This document shows positions 59,160-64,000 of a stretch of DNA of 64,000 nucleotides, in pieces. Origin of the DNA: Camelus dromedarius (taxonomy: Eukaryota); the NCBI RefSeq assembly GCF_036321535.1, contig NC_087437.1, positions 37,698,001 to 37,762,000 of the forward strand, read 5' to 3'. Under the pieces are notes generated by a model. The model was given only the letters and a program-made list of their open reading frames with translations. It did no database searches and was not told where the DNA came from. Numbering within the stretch: position 1 is the first letter of the stretch; the number at the start of each line of letters is the position of its first letter. A program made the position numbers and the translations under genes.

Positions 59160-59390
59160 AGAAACATGATATTTAAAGAGTGGGACCCTGTAGTCAGACA
59201 GACTTGGTTAGCACCTGTTGCAGCCAGTTTAACTAGTTAGTTGTGTGTGAGCTTAAACAAGTTATTTATTTGGAGCACAGGATTCCCATTTGTAAACAGA
59301 ATCAAAGAAATGTGAGAATTAAGAGAAAATGGATGCAAAACGCCTATCACAGTGTTGGGAACACAGGAGGTATTCAATAAGTGGTAGTTA
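59160..59390 (+). mobile_element. MIR SINE
   Basis: 'gtagtcagacagacttggtt...tgtgtgagcttaaacaagttattt...catttgtaaa...gcaaaacgcctatcacagtgttgggaacacaggaggtattcaataagtggtag'. Confidence 0.75.
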
Positions 59391-60254
59391 AGCTCTGCTC
59401 TAGCACATCCCTTCCCTTCCAACCCAGTAATCTAAGCATCAATAGATCTGAGATTTTCAGCATTTTTCAATCATGTCTATTCCTTCCTAATCTATTTGTT
59501 TATGCCATTGCCTCTGCCTGGAACAGTCTCTTCTGCCTTGGTCACTAAATAATTTCCTCCTTGTCTATAGAAATTAATTTTTTTCTTTTTGGAATTATTC
59601 TGACATTTAGGCAGCATTTGTTTATTTTATTACAATTTTTGTCACTTCAGTGACTCACTTGTGTAAGGAGGCACTCTGCCTCATCTCCCTGACTCTTAGA
59701 TTATTTATATATTCAGTGAATATTTGCTGAATGAATACAGTATGCTCTTTCCACAAATGCCTACCTTATGGAATTTTGTCTAAATTAAATGTAGCTTTTT
59801 TTTTCTTCTAGTCCTTTCCCCAAATCTAGGTTTTTAATCTCTGTTTTACAATTTTTCAAGAATTTCTCCTCCCAACTTTTACCACATTAAAAATTTCCAG
59901 AAAAATGGTGTCTCAATTATAAGAAGCTTTTTATTTGTTTGCCTGTATTAAATAGAAAAATGGATATTTAATAAAACGGTAGCAAAAAAGTGAAAAATAG
60001 CCACATCAAATATAATGTAAAATTCATTGTTTATTATACAGGGACAAAGTTATATGGCGGAAAGAAAATAGGCTTTGAAGGCAATTTGCCTAGACCTTTT
60101 CTTAATCTTGATTTTCACTATGCTTATTAAAACTTCTTTATTTCAGTTACTTGAATGGGATTAATAATACCTATGTCTAAGTTTAATGTGAAGATTAAAT
60201 GTAAAATAAATATGTAAAGTTACTAGACACTACTTTTATGAGATGGAAACATTT

Positions 60255-60680
60255 CTCCCAATTTATAAAAAAACTAATAAAAAATTCAAGTAGACAAAGG
60301 AAAAAGAAAAGACAATTACAGAAGACACATTAATTAATTTTACAAATATAATATTCATCCTCTGTAAAAACTTAAAATGTAAATTAAAGTAACCTTGAGA
60401 AACAGCATTTTATATTCATTAAAGTAGCAATATTTTTAAATATATAACAACTAATTCTAGAATAGTTAAGGTGAACCTAGTGTGCTGATTTATTGCTATT
60501 GGCACTATAAATTCACATAACTCTTTTATAAAATGCAATATATTTATATATAACAAGACCTATAGTGATATTTATACCTTATCTTGATACATTTCTGCCA
60601 CTTCATTATCATTAAATAATTCAATAGGAGTTGAAAGATTATGAACGTTAAGCTATACATTGTGGCATCATCCAAAAAAA
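60255..60680 (+). mobile_element. Old L1ME-like ORF2 3' fragment
   Basis: 'aaaatgtaaattaaagtaaccttgagaaacagcattttatattcattaaagtagcaatattttt...attgctattggcactataaatt'. Confidence 0.6.
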
Positions 60681-61524
60681 TGCTACCATTTTGGACAGGA
60701 CAGATTATAGATACATATTCAAGAGAAATAGAAATATTCTTAACAACATATATACTATTATTTCAACTATTAAGATGAAGTGTTCATTTTCATTTATATT
60801 TTAGCATACAACATTGTTAAAAAACAGGGTGAGATTTTGGCTCTTTTAATACAAAATTAAGTATTTTAACTTAACTGTTTGTGTGGGTTTTTTTTTTTTT
60901 TCCAGTAAAAGTCTTAAGCCTTCAAACAAGTGCCTGATTTATAAACTACAGCTACTCTCTTGTCATAGAAAATGATGGTGGGCTTCAGTTTGTATTATGT
61001 TCACATTTTAACCTTGTTTCTATGGAATTAATAAATCTTTCTAATTCAGAGCTGTTTAGTATGCAGAATAGCCTGAACATTTTCATAGAGAGTAACAAAT
61101 GAATGACCTTTCTGAATTAAGTCAGTCTGGGAGCCTACTCTTTTCACACTTCCTGCAGTCTATATTTTGTTGATCTTGTAAGTTAGCAAAGTAAGAAAAT
61201 GTATTCAGAACCTTATTAGAAAAATGTCTAGCATTGTGCCTTGCACATATTAGATGCAAATGCATGATGGTTGAATTAATTGATTTTATGCTTCTATCAA
61301 TTGAATCCGAGCTAGATTTGGTGAAACTTTTTTCTTGGCAGGATTTGCTTTTTCTTCACCTATTTTACTTTGATGTGTCATAAGCAAAGAAAGCCAGAAA
61401 CATGGATAACAAAAGTATTAGAACTTTTGACAGCGCTGGAGATGAACTCAGAGTTTTCATATAGCTGTTTCCCACCTAAAACTTTGTACATGAGTGAAAT
61501 ATGTCAAGATTTTTGCCTTTCATC

Positions 61525-64000
61525 TTTTTTTACCACTTTATTGAGGTACAATTGACATGAAAAAAGGTGTCCATATTTAATGTATACAACTCAGTGCTTT
61601 AGGGGTAGTGCACACCCTGTCACCACCATCAAGACCATAGACATATCCTCGAACATTTCTATCTCCTCATATATTATTTTAATTATTTGTGTGTGTGTGT
61701 GGCAAGAACAATAAGTTCTACCTTCTTTTAATACAGTATTGTTAGTTATTGACAGTACACTGTAGTAAATCTACAGAATTTACTTATTTTGAACAACTAA
61801 AACACTGTACCTTTTAACCATCATGTCCCCATTTCCTCCTCCCCATCACCCCTGGTAACCATCATTCTACTCCCTGCTCCTCTGAATTTGACTACTTTAG
61901 ATTCCACTTATGGGTGAGATCATACAGAACTTGTCTTTCTGTGCTTGGCTTATTTCATGTAGTATGATTATCCTTCAGGTCCATTCATGTTAATAAAATG
62001 GCAGATTTCCTTTTTCCAAAGTAATAATATTCTATTATATATATAATGAATATAGATATGTAAATATATATATATATTCCATGACATATATTTAGACAGT
62101 TAAGTTATTTCCATATCTTGGTTGTTGTAGATATGCTGCAGTGAATTTAGGAGTACAGGTATTTCTTCAAGAATCTAACTTCAATTCATTTGGATAAATA
62201 CCTAGAGTGGGATTGCTAGATCATATGGTAGTTCTATTTTTAAGCAGAACTATTTATGTTTATACTTTGAAACCTCTATACTGCTTTCCATAGCAGCTGC
62301 ACCAATTTACATTCCCACCAACAGTGCACAAGTATCCCCTTTTATCCACATCCTTGCCAACTCTTGTTATCATTTTTTTTTTTAATAATAGTCATCCTAA
62401 AAGGTGTGAGGTGATATAACATTGTGGATTTGAATTACATTTCTCTGATGATTAATGATATTGAGAGTATTTCCATATACCTATTGACCATTTGTATGTC
62501 TTTTTTTCTGACATGTCTATTCAAGTCCTTTCCCCATTTTTCAGTTGGTTATTTGGTTTTTTTCCTTGGGTTTTATGAGTTCTTTATATATTTTGAATAT
62601 TAACTCATTATTAAATATATTTTAAAAATATTTTCTCCCATTCTATAGATCACCTTTTATTTTGTTAATAATTTCCTTTGCTGTGCTAAAGATTTTTTTA
62701 GTTTGGAGTAATCCCACTTTATTTTTTGTTTTGTTACTGTGATTTGGTGTTATACCCCCCAAAATATTGCCAAGACCAATGTCAAGGTGCTTTTTCTCTG
62801 TGTTTTCTTGTAAAAGTTTCACTGTTTCAGGTCTTACATAAAAATCTTTAACTCATTTGAGCTGATTTTTGTAAATGATAAAAAAAGTTTCCTATTTCAT
62901 TCTTTTCCAGTTTTCTCAATACCATTTATTGAAGGAACTATACTGTCCCATTTTGTATTCATAGAGCCCTTGTGGCAGATCAGTTAGGTCTATGTATATA
63001 TATATTTTTTCTTTCTGATATCTCTGTTTTGTTTCAATTGTTTATATATTTACTTTAATGCCAGCATAATTGTTTGAATTATTATAGTTTTGTAATATAG
63101 TTTGAAGTCAGGGAACATGATACTTCCACCTTCGTTGTTCTTGCTCAAGATTGCTTTGATTGTTTGTATTCCTTTGTGGTTTCTTATGAGCTTTAGGATT
63201 GTTTTTTTCTATTTCTGCAAAAAAATGCCATTGGAATTTTGATAGAGATTGATCTGAATCTGTAGGTCACATTGGGTGGTATGGAAGTTGTAGCAATATT
63301 AATTCTTATGTCTTCTGTCATCAATCATATATAGTTTTCAATGTACAGATTTTACTTAGTTAAATTTATTCTTAAATATTTTACTTTGTGATGCTATTAT
63401 AAATTGGATTGTTTTCTTAATTTCTTTTTTGGACATTTGTTGTTAGTGTGTAGAAACATGACTGACTTCTGTATGTTGATTTTGTATCCTGCAATTTTAC
63501 TGAATTTGTTTATTCTGACAGTTTTTTTAGAGGAGTCTTTAAGAGTTTTCTGTATATAAAATCATGTCATCTTCAAAGAGACAGTTTTACATCTTCGTTT
63601 CTGATTTGGATGCCTTCTATTTTCTTTTAAATTGTCTAACTTACCTGGCTAGAACTTCTAATACTATGCCAAATAGGAGTGGCAGAAGTGGGCATTCCTG
63701 TCTTGCTCATGATCTTAGCGAAAAAGTTTTCTGTTTTTCCCTGTTAAATATGATATTAGCTGTGGGTTTGCCAAATATGGCCTATATGATGTTGAGTTAC
63801 ATTCTTTCTATACTGAATTTCTCTAGAGTTTTTATTAAGGAAAAAATATTAAATTTTTCAAATGCTTTTTTCTACGTCTCTTGAGATGATCATGATTTTT
63901 ATCTTTCATTCTGTTAATGTGATGTATCACATTCATTGATGTGCAAATGATGAACCATCCTTGCATCTCAGGGATAAATCCCACCTAATCAAAGTATATG
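61525..64000 (-). mobile_element. L1MA-type LINE (3' UTR and decayed ORF2), antisense, running off the window end
   Basis: 3' end 'ctttattgaggtacaattgacatg'. Canonical antisense ORF2 motifs 'agtgggattgctagatcatatggtagttctattttt', 'caccaatttacattcccaccaacagtg', 'ttgccaagaccaatgtcaagg', 'ctggctagaacttctaatactatg' and 'gaaccatccttgcatctcagggataaatcccac'. Many indels and stops. Confidence 0.95.

Noticed and set aside
63564..63884. 106-aa + strand ORF
   Set aside because: It is an antisense reading of decayed L1 ORF2, a common spurious ORF.

Overview
AT-rich, CpG-poor mammalian genomic DNA, intronic or intergenic. It is most likely from a camelid (Camelus/Lama/Vicugna), judged from two tRNA-Ala-derived SINEs of the camelid Vic-1 type. 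I found no host protein-coding exon, CpG island or RNA gene that I can support, and no prokaryotic features. The ORF-track entries are chance ORFs, simple-repeat translations, or decayed LINE ORF2 relics (L1 at 58019-58258, CR1/L3 at 31602-31811). Much of the window is a mosaic of interspersed repeats: L1, L2, MIR, CR1/L3, ERV1/ERVL/MaLR solo LTRs and hAT/Tigger DNA transposons, several with readable target-site duplications (TSDs) and nesting. Repeat family names come from my recollection of consensus sequences, not from a search, and old-repeat boundaries are approximate. I see no convincing evidence of a new biological system. The best leads are modest: an 80-bp polyadenylated non-LINE/non-SINE retro-insertion inside a MIR, a cluster of + strand non-coding exon candidates, a 24-nt microexon candidate, two pre-miRNA-sized hairpins, two unexplained repeat patchworks, and several repeat-free enhancer-like blocks.
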